A stretch of 64,000 bases of DNA, from contig CDROCS010000615.1 in the NCBI GenBank assembly GCA_977020255.1, positions 1-64,000 of the forward strand, in the 5' to 3' direction. Of this stretch, positions 24,980-38,880 are shown piece after piece (positions within the stretch are counted from its first letter, which is position 1; every line of letters begins with the position of its first letter). This stretch comes from Obrimoposthia wandeli (taxonomy: Eukaryota). Made by a program: the position numbers and the translations under genes. Under the pieces are notes generated by a model. It did no database searches and was not told the DNA's origin. It saw nothing but the letters and a program-made list of their open reading frames with translations.

Positions 24980-26163
24980 TTACCCCCGCTCCAGCTGCCT
25001 TCTCCACCCCGCTCGTCGTCGTCGCTCTCTCCTTTTCTGAATCTGCCTTCTTCTGCGCCACTTCCTCCTGCAATGCGTCATAAATAGAGCGAGGGGGATA
25101 ATTACTTTAACTCGGTCTATTTCCTTCTTCAATTGAGCCACTTCTCGCAAATATTCATCGAGCGCCGTCTTCATATCGGCCTTTGTCGCCAGAGTCGCTC
25201 TTAATTCGCCAATTTCCTTTCTCATTTTCTCTGAGTCCGATTTCTTCTCGTCAATCTTCGTCTGCCATTTCGTATTATCCTCAGACTTTGATTCAGTAAC
25301 CCTCTTTATATCTTCCTTCATTTCCCTCCGCATACAATCGATATTATCTTTGTTCTCTTTGATTGTTTGACTCATCTTCCCATTATCCTCTCTCAATCTC
25401 TCAACTTTCTTCTGCCACTGTTCAATTTCTCCCAAGAATTCTTCTTTATCCTTCTTAATTTCTGCTTCTCTCAACTCTAATTTCTTCTTCTTCTCCACAT
25501 TCTCCGCTCTCAGAGCCGCCACATCCGCCACAATCGCATCAATCGCCGCCTTGGATTCGTTATCTCTCGCTTCACACGCAACTCTCAACTCTGTGTGGTC
25601 TTCTTTCAGCTTATCCGTCTCATTTCTGATGACAGACTCGTATCCTTGCTCCGCCTGCAGTGACTCGAAACCGTTCTTGAGCAGACACAGAGTCTCGACA
25701 ATAAACCGACAGTGCGCCATTCTTCCTTCATCGAGATGCTTGTTCAGCTCCATCGCATTCAATTGCGCACTCATACATCCGATGCTGCTGAAAATGCAGA
25801 CCGACTTTGTTAAAGGACAAGATACAATGTGCTCCATCAGCTGCAGCAACTCGCATTTCTCCTCACATCCATCGTGCGGGCAAGTGACAACAAGCTTGTT
25901 TATTTCCCTCGTGGACTTCCTGCATTGATATCGCGGTCGTATCTTATTTCTGTTGTGATTTTATCCATGATACAACCTGGGCACGGCTTCAAGTCTTCCC
26001 CGAGATATTTGTGGATGCATTCGTCACAGAACACGCAACCACAAACAGCCACCATGGGCTGTCTCAGAATTAAGGAACACATTGAGCACTTTACATATGG
26101 AGATACATGCGATACGTCAAATTCTAAATTGTGGTATTTTAAATATTTCCAAATATTATTCAT
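24980..26163 (-). pseudogene. TRAF-like protein: RING, TRAF-type zinc finger and coiled coil; one frameshift near 25920
   Basis: CSMCSLILRQPMVAVCGCVFCDECI...CPGC, then REINKLVVTCPHDGC...LMEHIVSCP...CIFSSIGC, then a long E/K-rich heptad region. No MATH domain is visible. Confidence 0.8.
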
Positions 26164-27829
26164 ATTAAAATAAATAAATATTGTAAAATTATAGTAAAAT
26201 ATTCTGTATAAATCGAAAAAAATAGATAAACAAATATAGGTTAAATTGTCCATATAAATATTAGTTTAAAACCAGTTCAAATAATTAGTCAGTAATTAAC
26301 ATATACGCTAATTGAAGATACATTAGTGGCGGAATAAATTTGTTCAAAATGTAATTTTATGTTGAATAAAAATATTTTTGTAGTCTTGGGCAGTGGGATA
26401 TTTTATTGGTTTATTAAATATTTCGAGTTACTGAAAGTTAATAATGATAAGAAATAAAAATAAACTTTTTAATAATGTTTAGCCAAATCAGATTATCGAT
26501 TCAGTAAAAGAAATAAGTTTGCAGTGCGAATAATAAGAAAAACTGATGTTATATATAATGTTATAAATACACTCAAGTGAATTTATTTACTTTTGAAATT
26601 TCATTGAATCGAAGAATCAGGCATAGTTATCATTGATAATGAAATCTAATTAAATATTGTTTGCAAGCTTTTCATGAAGTCTGATAGTAAATATGTTAAA
26701 TTTAGGAAATATTTAATAGTCGAACTGTATGATGTGTTTTGTTATTTACTAAATGATTATTAAATATTATCGACCTGTTTAAGACTCAAAAATTATTCAG
26801 TATGAAATTTTTTTTTCTGATTTGATATCAAATTATGACATGAAAGTTCAATAGATTATTTTGACCAAAGTGGATTACAATATATAAGCACAAAATATGA
26901 ATATATTAAGCAATGGTACAAAACTTAATATTTGTAAATCTCAAAATTCCATTAACAAAGTTATTTTTTTTTAAATTAAAACTATTTTAAAGACTAAAAA
27001 GACGATCCTAATTATTTTAATATTGTGGTTTGGAAATATTAAAAAAATCTTTTGAAAGAAACATTTAGTCAATATCAAAAAAATTAATTTAATTGTTTTG
27101 AATATAACACGTTTAGAGTATTCGTCGATAGTTTACAATTGAAATCATATATTTTGTAGCACAAATTTGATTTTATAATTTAAAATCAATTTTTCCGTAT
27201 TGCTATTTATTAGACTAAATCGGACATTTGTATTAAATATATTTAAAAAAATTTAATATATAGTTAATAAGAGGAAGATTAAAAGAATAGCATGAGACCA
27301 TTCATAGTGTAGTAAGACATTTTTTTGATTACGAATGTAATGTGTATTATTATTATGTATACAATTTAAGTTTTTAGCAATTTTTATTTAATTATGATAC
27401 TTTTATGATTTTATTACTTCAACGTCAGAGGTCTGACTTTGATTTCCTCCATAGTATTGTTGAGAATTAAAATATTCCAATTTAAATCAATTTATCGAGT
27501 GCCAACAGTCGAACAGCGATTTCGTCAGTGATCTCCAGTTTTTATCTTGCGCTTCGCGGTAGGAATATTGCTCGCGAAATAGGAGAAAACACAGAAGAAA
27601 TGAATGCATCCGTTATCGATTTTATTGCCTACACAATTTAACTGCATCACATACACACATGTTATTGTACTGCTTCTATCTGTGTAGTGGTACCGATTAA
27701 CGTGTGTGTCTGCAAATTTATGTAATGTCACTTGCGACAGAAATATTAATATAAAATTGTTTGGCATAGAGATTTGATATAATTTCTAAAACTAATTTGT
27801 AAATTGCTACAGAAAAAAAGAATTATTGT

Positions 27830-28190
27830 TGATCATATTTATTACTGTTATTACAGAAACAGAGATTATTACTGACCATATTTATTACTGTTATTACAGA
27901 AAACAGAGAATATTACTGACTATATTTATTATTGTTATTACAGATTACAGAAATTATTGATGTTATTATAGAAAACGATACAAAAATTATTGCTGATTAT
28001 AATTATTATTTTTATTACAGAATACAGAAATTACTGTTGACCATAATTATTACGGTTATTACAGAAAATTATTGCTGACCATTCTTTTGCATTTACTGAT
28101 TAAAACAGAATTTTAACTGATAATTATTTTATTGTTATTGCTGGAAATATAATTTTGCTGATCATTATTTGTTGCTGTTATTACTGAAGA
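27830..28190. repeat. Degenerate ~44-bp tandem repeats
   Basis: Recurring TTATTACTGTTATTACAGAAA..AGA.ATTATT.CTGA motif. Confidence 0.7.
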
Positions 28191-28252
28191 TGAAATTAAT
28201 TGCTAATGAATTAGTTGGAAATAATTATCAAATATAACAAATTATCAAATAT

Positions 28253-28255
<3 letters not shown>

Positions 28256-28323
<68 letters not shown>
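28256..28323. repeat. (TA)n microsatellite
   Basis: Pure TA run. Confidence 0.95.
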
Positions 28324-28325
<2 letters not shown>

Positions 28326-29989
28326 TTTCACGTTGCAGTTAATTAAAAAATAAGATAAAAATATAATACAAATGAAGAAATAAATACAGATATAAAAATG
28401 TATTAATCAACTCTAATTGCCTCAAATATTTTCCATATAGGTTTCACCGATTCATTGAGGCAATTTTGTAACCTTTAATTCTAATGCAGTAAATCCATTT
28501 TAATCTAGGAGGAGGTCCATCGAATATTGCTTCATTCTCCCGCTTGAAACAGCATATTATCCTTTGATTATAAATTTGTTCTCTTGAATTTGATACTTGC
28601 TTCCATATTGATTGAAGAAAATATTGATTCTATCCACAACCACTGAAGTCAAATTTGATACCCGTAAATCAAATTTAAGTGCCTCTATGTTGACAAGAAA
28701 AATAAAATTATAGTGTTGAGGTTTCTTCAAGAAATGCATTTCATATTCATAATATTTTTCATATTTTCATATAGATTTTCGATATTAATATTTACAATTA
28801 AAAGTACAAATATTCATTTGTCTTATCCCCTAAAGCTCGATTCTAATTGATTAAGAATGTTGTTTATGAAAATCGCTTAGTATTTGTCAAATCCTTAATG
28901 GGCGTACGGTCAACGGTTACTCGTGCAGGACTTGTTATTGTCTGAGTTGATGGATTAGTATTTTCTATATGATTATTTCTATAATAATTCCTATTAGCAT
29001 ATAAATTTCTATCATAATCTACATATGTACTTCATTATCAAAATATTGTTTATACTGGTTTTAGTTTGTTCTCGGAGATAAGACATCACGTGACATCACT
29101 TGCAAAAAGAGCCCAAAGTTGCAATGTTACTAATTATATATTTGCAAATAGTATATAAGCTTAAAATTTCATCATTATGTTTGTTATGACTACTTAATTT
29201 GTTTCACATTATGTTTCGCGAAATGGAGAATTTAGCATTATACGTCTTCGTTTTGATAAAATTTCGAGGATAAGTGAGCCCGTTGTTCAACAAAGAAGAC
29301 CGTATTCTCCTTGTCCTCCATATTTCTGTAGAACAGGCAGACGTAACACACCAACCAAAGACTTTGCCTGATGATAAGCGGACAGGATTCTCCTCCATGT
29401 GGAGCCAAAGAAGCACAGTATGGTGGAATCAAGATGCAAGAATTTTCAAATAATAAAAAATATAATGTTTTTACCATATTTATTATTTCAAAAATCTGGG
29501 ATTGAAATAAAAAAAGTGAGAGCTTATATACTTAATTTGATACACATATGTTATTAACTTATTGGACGAAAATATTAATTTTTATTGAATTTATTCCTCC
29601 AATAAAAAGGATTGTTTATATGCATGACAGTTTTTATGTTATTGGTTGAAAATAATATGTTTTCTATATTTTATTCATCTAATTAGAAATATTGTTTATC
29701 TGCATGTCAAGTAATAATAAAATAGACTTATACACTTTTTATATGCACAATGTTCACCATGATCGCGATATGGACAGCAAATATTTATTATAATTTTTAA
29801 TAGATGTTCACTTGAAATATTTAATATATTCAATCTTAATTTTAAAAAATATTTTTTAATGTCTTCTACTTTTTGTGATTCATTTCATCTAAACATTAAA
29901 AATTAATTTTAAATATAAAAAATTATATTTAATTTTATGGAAAATACAATTTTTACAAAAATATTTATTTCCTTTCTTCCATTTTAATA

Positions 29990-30750
29990 AATGAAAATAT
30001 AGTTTGGCCTTCTTTTGGTGGATAGTCTGGGTTTTTTGAATCACTGCTTGTTTCGTGTCCACTGGTAGTATCTCCTCCTTCAAACATCTCCTCCATCAGG
30101 TCGGCTTCATATGTGAATAAATAAAAAAAAATTCTAATTTTAAATATTTTATCTTAATATTATCCAGAGACGCCAGATATCGTAGCTCACTCCTTGGCAT
30201 CACCTAGCTGCATTGGCTTACCAAGATTCCAGGTTTGAGCAGCCTTTCTTATGAAGTTATGACGGCTGAGTTGAAGTTTCTGAAAAAAAATTAACAACAT
30301 ATGAAATAAATAAATAATCTAACCTCATTCGTAGCTTTTATTCTCCTAACTTGTTTCACAAGAGATTGCAGTCTTCTGAATGGTTCAGGCACCGTATCAT
30401 CTGTAATCGGAGTTGAAGTAGCATAAGGAGTCAGGTCGTCCCATTCGTCTGTAAACAAATGCCACTTATCTTCATCTAATTCTGCTACCATCGATTCATT
30501 TATGGCTACAGCGTTGTCATTAGCTTTGAGACTCGGTGTGATTCACTTGTCAATGAATGGAGTCAAGTCCTTCTCTTGATCTGACGGTACTTCATCACTG
30601 AAGAGCTCTTCGTCAGAGTCCGGTGAGAGATATCTCCATACAGCTGCACCTCCATCTTTTATTTTATGAAAAATAATTAAAAAAGGTCTCATCATATACA
30701 CAACATCATACTAACCCATCTTTCATCGTCCAATGAAAGCGTGTTATTCA
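29990..30750 (-). pseudogene. Multi-exon acidic protein gene fragment
   Basis: GT-AG introns at 30656-30715 and 30280-30323 flank an exon reading WRYLSPDSDEELFSDE...RRIKATNE with one stop. Confidence 0.45.
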
Positions 30751-30959
30751 AATAATTTAATTAAAAATTCATAGTATTTTCTTAAGTTTTTTGACCACGT
30801 CTGTGTGTGTATCATGGGGTAGAAAAACATTTTCAATAAATTTAGTCGAAAACTTGTAGTATTTGTTAAGATTTTGTTGACTGTATGAAGTTGAAGTGGA
30901 AGAGATTTAAAGGGGGAATGTACCATTTTTGAGTGTATCTGCATAGTAAAAAAACTCCC

Positions 30960-31057
30960 CACACATGCCTGAAATATCACTTTACACAAGTGCATTTTAA
31001 AAAACAAAGATAATCCCGGGAAGAGGGAGTGGATTAGACCGGGCACATCCAACTACT
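30960..31057 (-). repeat. Polinton short-type right TIR
   Basis: Reverse complement starts AGTAGTTGGATGTGCCCGGTCTAATCCAC, matching the TIRs at 36709 and 41498. Confidence 0.75.
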
Positions 31058-32169
31058 GATTTATTATAACACTCATGTTGTTGTCAATTATTTTTTCGCT
31101 AATATGACGTTTTGGTTTTATTGGCTCAAAAATGTACGTAGGCCAAGCCATTTCTCTAATGCCATTTCTCTAAGCACATAAAATATTTTATATATTCTTC
31201 TAATTGGTCTTCTTTTGTGCATTCAAATAGTTAATCCATAATTTTACTAAATTTTAATACAGGTACATTACATTTGTTTCTAGAAATTGATGTTAGATCG
31301 ATGTTATATTACTTGAATAAATTGTCCTCTTTGTGATAATTTCGCACAAACCTAAATAATGCTAAAAGTTTTATAAAAATAATTAATCTGTGATATTTAA
31401 TGCAGTGATATTTAGCAAAAATCTCAAATGTTTCTTTTGATACAATTCTTACAAACCTTTTCTCGGAATTTAGGTTTCATACACGTTTTAATACGTCTTA
31501 ATTCTTTAGCAAGATCTGAAATTAAATTCAAATTACAGAAACTTTTTTTAATAATATTAGTCTTTATTTTTTATTTTCGTAGAAATTGTATTCCAGTTAT
31601 AATATAAAAAATAAATATTATAATAAAGTTATAATAAATAAACAAAGTTGTCAAATACACAGCGCAGCCCTCCGATAAAATAACTTGTTTCTCAACCTTG
31701 TATAAATCATTTATTCATGTGTTACTTTGATGTTAATGATATTGATATTCTTTAGGGTTGGTGAGAAAAGAACATAACATATCCAAAGTACCTAGAGTCA
31801 TAATGAAGAAATGATTTTAAAACTAAAGTGTTTCGATTATATAAAAACCTAACTTCAATATAATTGGTCAACTAATCAAATTAATCCTATATAATAAATA
31901 GAACGATTAAACACAAAAGTTGTATTAATATATATACAAGTGAAGGAGTGTGTGTGTGTAAATGAGTGTGTACAAATGATGATGATATTAAATAGTCACA
32001 ACAACAATAACAAAACTATATATCTTATTTAAAATTATTAAGTTAAATTAAAATTACCGTGAGCAAGACTTTTATTCTTACTAATTCTTTCATGTCTTTT
32101 GAAATAATACATGTATTTGCAAGTGTAAAGTTTTTTAAAATTTATTTTTTCTAGTTTATCGTTTTAAAC

Positions 32170-32563
32170 TTTCTGGTAGTTTTTCTACTGATGCTTCTAC
32201 TTTTCATCATTTTAAAATTTCTGATTTAACTCTAACTAAAAACAATGACTTTAGAGAACCACAGATTTTGTAAAAGATAATTATTGTAGTAAATATGTAA
32301 AATCAATAATACACAATATGGGTATTTTAGACAAAAATGTAAATAATGGAATTACATTTAGTGATTATAAAAACTTTTTTACTCTCTTTAAATTTGTTTT
32401 GGCACCCGATTTTGATATAAACACCACTCAATTACCAAAGAATGGTAATTTAAAACTTGAAATAAAATTTTACGAAGTGCTTGCTGCTCCTACAAGTGTG
32501 CTGATTTACAGAATTTTTGATTCTGAAATTCAAATTACAGGAACAAAAACAGTTATTGTATGA
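32170..32563 (+). pseudogene. Polinton major capsid protein (PY/hexon-like), C-terminal fragment
   Basis: GITFSDYKNFFTLFKFVLAPD...KNGNLKLEIKF..VLAAPTSVLIYRIFDSEIQI matches the Polinton MCP C-terminal pattern. Confidence 0.8.
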
Positions 32564-32933
32564 AGTAAGTAAATTTAATGTTTTTTATTTATTTTTTAGT
32601 ATTCTAGAAATTTTGAAATCTGGAAGATGTTTGCTCGGTGATGAATTTATTGGAGTATATTCTCTGGACGAAATTTCGAAACTATTTGATGGTGGCTATG
32701 TTATCAATACGCATTCAAGCAATCTCCCTGGTGAACATTGGATTGCTATATATGTAAAAAATGAAGAAATTAAAGTGTTTGATCCTCTAGGTTTCTACTA
32801 TCCTCCAAAGTTTGTATATATTATATCAAGTCAAGGTCGTCGAGTACATTATAATACGTATAAGGGTCAAAATCCTCTGACGTTTAATTGTGGTCCTCTA
32901 TGTCTCTTGTGGTTTAAAATACAAGTATTATAA
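32560..32933 (+). CDS. Adenain-like cysteine protease (Polinton PRO), with a 35-nt intron at 32565-32599
   Basis: FIGVYSLD, INTHSSNLPGEHWIA (catalytic His), VFDPLG (Asp) and QNPLTFNCGPLC (Gln/Cys). The ATG overlaps the MCP stop (ATGA), and GTAAGT...TTTTAG splicing joins it in frame. Confidence 0.85.
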
Positions 32934-33108
32934 ACAATAATATCTTTGTTTTATAATTTGTAATGAAATTATCTAATCTGGAAAAGATTTTTAAAAAAAT
33001 TAGGTCCACAGATAGAAAGAGATTTTATTAGAAAATATATGTATAGCTCTCCAGAAGAATTAATTAAAGCTATAATCAATTTTATTGAAACTCACAAGTA
33101 TTTATTAT

Positions 33109-33538
33109 ATGGCATTTATTGATTATGAAAATTTCATCGATAATGATGGATATGTAATAATCAAAGAATTATCTTGATAATATTTTGAAATCTCATCATT
33201 TTATATTAAAAAGTCCGTGTATGTGGATTGATTTGGAGAATAATGCTAGAGATTTGAATCTCTATCTTACAAACTATCATCATAAAATACATTGGCTTGA
33301 AGGTATAGATTTGATGCCAATCATTGAAGATGTTGAAAATATTTACTATGTGTTGGATGAAAAGAAGAAAAAGGTTTTGAAAAGTATATTTGCTAGCTTG
33401 AAATTTGCAGAATTAAATATGCATACTCAAAATGTTGAATATCCAAAGAATATTAGATGTTCGTTTCGCGATCATGGACCATATTGTGCTTATCTTAAAT
33501 GTTTAAACATGTGTATGTATTTTATATCAAATAAATAA
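33109..33538 (+). pseudogene. DEDD-type exonuclease-like Polinton gene
   Basis: MAFIDYENF...IIKEL, HFILKSP, YHHKIHWLEG and C-terminal C..H..CA; stops and a frameshift are present. Confidence 0.55.
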
Positions 33539-35142
33539 GTTTATCTTGTTTTAAATCCATTTATTCCTATATTATTATTTAAAAAGTCAATTCTACTAAC
33601 GAATAAAAGCCAATAGTTTAAATAACCGAAAAAAGTAGAGGTCGTGATATTTGCTTACAATGCTGAATAAATAAATATATAACATTATTATTTTCAACTA
33701 ACTTCTTCTAACTGTTGATTATTTGTTTTAATATTCATTTGTATTGATTGTCGTAGAATATTTTTCAACAAAAAAAATTATATAGATTAATATATACCAT
33801 ACCTTGTGATATTTTCCATTTAGATGAGAATTTAATGAATACTCATTCATAACTTCAGTTCTGCAAAGCTGACAGTACATTTTAAGACCTTAATTTCAGT
33901 GATTGCTTATATATTAGCATTTGACCCTATTATTTTTCATGTAATACTTTTGGGAAAAAAAGTATGTCCCGATGTTTCACATAGGTTTGTTTTAATAATA
34001 TATTGATATCATCAGGTATGTGTTAACCTTTACATAGTTATGTAATCAGTTATGTATGAAAGATAAAGGTTATGTATGTCAAGCTTCAGAATCATCTATG
34101 ATATGATTATTTGAAGCGTTGGGTCGCATGTATTTAATGAAGAAGATTCTCTGATGTTTTGTATATCATTGTTATGTATTGTAATTATTGACAAGTTAGT
34201 AGTCAGGATCTACACGGTTAAATAATCTCATGAAAAATATAAAAGTCATATGCTGTTTATTTTAATATGATTTAATAAAATGTTTTATTTATGATTTCAA
34301 AACTTAACATTTCGTGGAACTTTGTATTATTAAAGCAAAATTAACTTGATTTTAAATATTTGAAGTCATGTTTAAAACCCTTTTTGAACAGACTCATATG
34401 AAAAATTGTAGACTTTAGAAGACTATCGAATTTTGATGCATAAATTTAGCTTCAAGTTGAACTGATATATATTGAACTGATATATATATATATATATATA
34501 TTGAATTGCTAGTCAAAAAATCATCAAAAAGATTATAATCTACACCTTTCGTCATGTATTTTTCTCCATATACCGTTAAGTTCTTTTAGTCTATATAATA
34601 TGGTATTTAGGTGTAAAATTAATACTTAAAGATAGTAATTTTAAATAATAGTTAAATTTATAATAAAATTCTAAATTTATATATTAAGTAATCTCTGAAA
34701 CATATTCTAAAAAAATGCTATTATAGTTTTTGAAAACAATGTCTTATAAAAATGCATTGGCTATTAAATAATCCATTAGTCCGCAAATAGCGACAAAAAT
34801 AAATGTGGCATTCGAAAAAAAATCACAAATCTGATCAAAAAAATTAGTACACTAACATTACAGGCCTGATAACTTTTACTAGATATAAAAAGAAAATATC
34901 TTTAAAATAAATACTAAAAATTGCACATCTAAGCTAAATATTCAACATTAAAAATGTGAAATCAGAATATGTGATGTTTACAAAGTTTGTGACAATTATA
35001 TCTCGTGTATTGTAAGAATATAATAATGTTTAAAGCAAATTTAGGCTTTATTATCAAATAATTATTTTGAAAGGCTCTTGTGATATTTAGGCCGATCATT
35101 AAGAACTGTACTCAAACAGTCAGAAGAAATTGAAGACCAAAT

Positions 35143-35401
35143 NNNNNNNNNNNNNNNNNNNNNNNNNNNNNNNNNNNNNNNNNNNNNNNNNNNNNNNNNN
35201 NNNNNNNNNNNNNNNNNNNNNNNNNNNNNNNNNNNNNNNNNNNNNNNNNNNNNNNNNNNNNNNNNNNNNNNNNNNNNNNNNNNNNNNNNNNNNNNNNNNN
35301 NNNNNNNNNNNNNNNNNNNNNNNNNNNNNNNNNNNNNNNNNNNNNNNNNNNNNNNNNNNNNNNNNNNNNNNNNNNNNNNNNNNNNNNNNNNNNNNNNNNN
35401 N
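35143..35401. other. Assembly gap (N run)
   Basis: 259 N characters. Confidence 1.
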
Positions 35402-37230
35402 CATGTATTGCCTGAAGATAAACTAAAATGTCCTAAAATGTAAATATATTTATTTTTGTTTAAGAATTCAAATCTCATATTTTTTGTCGGCCTCATTGTT
35501 GCAGTTATTATCAAAACTTATATGTCGCACTTATATTTAATTTCTCTAATACCCTTCTTGTTATGAAAGATCTTAAAACGTCCTTCGTAATATTTTCTGA
35601 TTTATAAAGTCTTCATCTGCTTGAATTATTTTACTTCGTTACAGTTTCATATGCCTAACGGTTCAAATTTCAAAGCCTAAATTTCAAATATTCCCTCACT
35701 CTGTTTATTAATTGAGAATTCCTGGAGCGTTCCAGGCATCAGAGATGTTGGAAAATACCAGATAGTGACCAAACTAAAGATAACAGACATATCAGGGGAT
35801 AATTATCTTAGGTCATAAAATCCAAACAATCAGATGGATGTTTTTACTGTATTGGGGAAATTTTCAAATATTCCATCACTCTGTTAATTGGAGAATTTTT
35901 CACAGTTGTTGTCATCGTTGGTCCTAAGATGTATATACATGTTCACGGCACCAGTCTCGAGAAGATCATATAAATATTTAGGATTTTGTGAGAGAATACA
36001 ATTTTTGATATTAAGTAGGATAATTTTTCAATTCTGACACTGATCAGCAGTCAATGGAGGTTCAATAAATGTTTACTTGTACTAACTCTAATGCTAGGGA
36101 TTTAATTAAGAGTTGGAATATTAAACAATAAATCATTTTGAAAATGAAGCTTTGATGTAATAATCACACGCGTTAGCATTGTAGTTATCTTAGTAGTCGG
36201 TTATCTTCTTATTAGATAAATCTTTTTCATAGTACTGTCGCATGTTCTTATCATTTTATTTATTTGATCATTCATTGTAATAATTTCATCCAGCACGCCA
36301 ATTAATTTTTATGAGTTTACTTTTAAATTGTACTACCTTTGACAATGTCAGTGGATATGGATAATACTCCATGTTGGTGTAGAAACATGTGTCGATAGAG
36401 AGGAAAAGTCGGTATTTGATGTTTCTAATTATGAAAATCTCTTTCTTAAAACCTGATATAATTTTATCGCAGATTCCACGAAGATAGACTAAATGATGTT
36501 CTATGGATAAATTAGGCAACATAACATAAGAATAAAATAAAGATTGCAAATATTTTTAGCAAACAATTTCAAATGATTTTCTAATGAAATGATAAAATTC
36601 TAAAAATATAATCTCGAGATTGTAAACAATGCAGATTTGGAAAACTGAAAATTTATTTTGATATTAACTTTTAGAAGTATATTGATCTGTGTTTACAGAA
36701 ACTGTTAGAGTAAGTGGATGTGTCCGGTCTAATCCACACCCCCTCCCCCCACTGTCCTTTAAAACCGTGCATGTGTGTGGAGTGAAATTTCGTGTATGTG
36801 TGTAGGAAAAAATAAAAGAAGCAACGAATAGGAGGGAGGTACCACTGTCCTTTAAAACCGTTCATGTGTGTGGAGTGAAATTTTGTGTATGTGTGTAGAG
36901 AATTTTTTTTGAAAAAGCAACGAATATGAGGAGGGTCCCCCCCCCCCACATTTTTTAAAAATTTTACTTTGAAATTTACCACGAATCTGAAAAGTGATTA
37001 GAGAAGACCACAGGAATCCATATTGGCCCCGGCGGCTTATCACAGACAAGATTTCAAATAATATATTACTACTATTTTTAAGAAAGATTTTAGATTAATA
37101 AATTACTACATGTTTTTTTTAAAATATCTATGTCAGTTTTAAAATTTATAGGATAAAAAATCGGTCAGATCTATATAATTGAGAGGAGAAAAAACAAAAT
37201 ACGGGTCAAAATTATTTTTCAAAACATTTA

Positions 37231-37677
37231 TTAAACATAAAACAACATATTGGCTTCACTCAAAGTCCAAAGAGGCTGCATTTTTCCGTCATCAGCAAAA
37301 TATCCATTGAGACGTATTGAGATATTCCATAGTTCTTCATCTAGAATTGGAGCAATCAAATATCCTAGATCATCTTTAAAATCCAGACTGGGATCAGTTT
37401 CAAGCTGGAAAGAATTTCCTTCATAATCAGGAATGTAAAACCCCAAAATATTTTTCAATTGATCAATATCAGATGTTGTTAAAATTTCGATGAGATATTT
37501 ATTCTCCACTTTAGATATTTTCACAGGATTCATAACTCGTATAATTTGATGCCTCTTTAATATATTACATAGTTTTCCTTTTGAAATTCTTTCTGGATAA
37601 TAAAAATTTCCTACACATCTCTTATCCATTCTAAAATAAGGAAACAGATTAAAAACAATGTTTATAAAAAAATACAT
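37231..37677 (-). CDS. Hypothetical Polinton protein
   Basis: Uninterrupted 148-aa ORF divergent from the TBP-like gene; no motif recognised. Confidence 0.5.
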   Translation of the reverse strand: MYFFINIVFNLFPYFRMDKRCVGNFYYPERISKGKLCNILKRHQIIRVMNPVKISKVENKYLIEILTTSDIDQLKNILGFYIPDYEGNSFQLETDPSLDFKDDLGYLIAPILDEELWNISIRLNGYFADDGKMQPLWTLSEANMLFYV

Positions 37678-37922
37678 ATAAGATACATATAAGATACAAA
37701 TATTTAAAAATTAAAACTGATTATTAAATGAAAGAAATATAGTAAAATCGATTACAATTTATTACACGCAAAAGAAAAAAGTTAAAACTTAGAAATATGA
37801 GCACGTTCAATTTTCCACATAGGCAACTTTGTTCCCATTTCATCTTTCTTGTAACCATAAAGTCGAATTGTTACAGTACATTGCTATATAAAGAAGAATT
37901 TACAGAATACAATTTTAGTCTA

Positions 37923-38425
37923 ATGAAACTCGTAAATATAAATTATAAAGGTAGAATAGAAGATGAACTATCATACTTACCATTCAATGAATGGAAGCCT
38001 AGACAATATGTGAAAAGGTTTAATGATTTCACAGTTGTTATTTTTCCCACAGGTTAATTTTTTTTATTTTATTTTCATATTGAATTCTTTAAAGAAGTTG
38101 TCGTGTTATGGAATGCAAAATACCTATGCTTGAGATCAATTTACCATTTGGAATTCGAATCTCTGAAATACAATTAATCACAATATCAGTTAATCTCGGG
38201 AAACAAATAAATCTTTATAAAATTGCAGAGAAAATGAAAAAAATATGCATGTTTGAAGCGGAAATTTTTCCTGCTCTCAGTTATTTGAAGTTTAAACCGC
38301 TATGTGTAAATATATTTTCCAGTGGTAAAGTTATGATATTATGATTGAAAAATTTTGATTATCCAAACATTGTTGATTCGATTTTAGAAAATATATCTTA
38401 TTACATCTTGTTATCTTTTCTATAA
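37923..38425 (+). pseudogene. TBP-fold (TATA-binding protein-like) gene, copy 1
   Basis: Repeat 1 reads MKLVNINY...TVVIFPTG|SCRVMECK. Repeat 2 reads QINLYKIA...FEAEIFPALSY..PLCVNIFSSGKVMIL(G)LK, matching TBP YEPELFPGL..LIFxSGKxVxTG. Intron-like insert at 38053-38094 and one TGA. Confidence 0.75.
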
Positions 38426-38444
38426 ACAAACCCGTTTAAACCTA

Positions 38445-38726
38445 TTGTTTCAAATGAATAATACTATAAATACAGACAATGAAGTGGATCGTCTTGTCGA
38501 CGAAATATTTTCTGGAAAAATTAAGCTTAAACTAATTTTATCAGAATTAAAAAATAATGATATAACAAGAGATAACATTGAAATATTGGTTAGATTACAC
38601 GTTATTCGAGAATTTAAAAATCGAACACAAATAAATAAAATTATAGCCAAATATTCATTAATTAATTTTTGTATTTCATCTACAATAGCTCTAACATTGT
38701 ACATTTCAATAAGGAAACTTCTATGA
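38445..38726 (+). CDS. Hypothetical protein with hydrophobic C-terminus
   Basis: 93-aa ORF between the TBP-like gene and the ATPase. Confidence 0.4.
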   Translation: MFQMNNTINTDNEVDRLVDEIFSGKIKLKLILSELKNNDITRDNIEILVRLHVIREFKNRTQINKIIAKYSLINFCISSTIALTLYISIRKLL

Positions 38727-38763
38727 TAATATAAACAATATTAAAAATGAATGAGTATATGTA

Positions 38764-38868
38764 ATGGAGCTAAATAATAATGCTGTATTTCAAATAGTTG
38801 GCCCCAGTGGAAGTGGAAAGACACATTTCGTATGTAAATTGTTGCAAAATAAATCTCTTGCAAAATGA
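38764..38868 (+). pseudogene. Packaging ATPase, N-terminal stub
   Basis: FQIVGPSGSGKT Walker A, truncated by a deletion into the penton gene. Confidence 0.8.
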
Positions 38869-38880
38869 TGCCCGAAAGCT

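Noticed and set aside
28440-28739. Possible phosphatase or other viral ORF remnant
   Set aside because: Short, interrupted and without a diagnostic motif.
35062-35514. ORFs spanning the N run
   Set aside because: Artefacts of the assembly gap.
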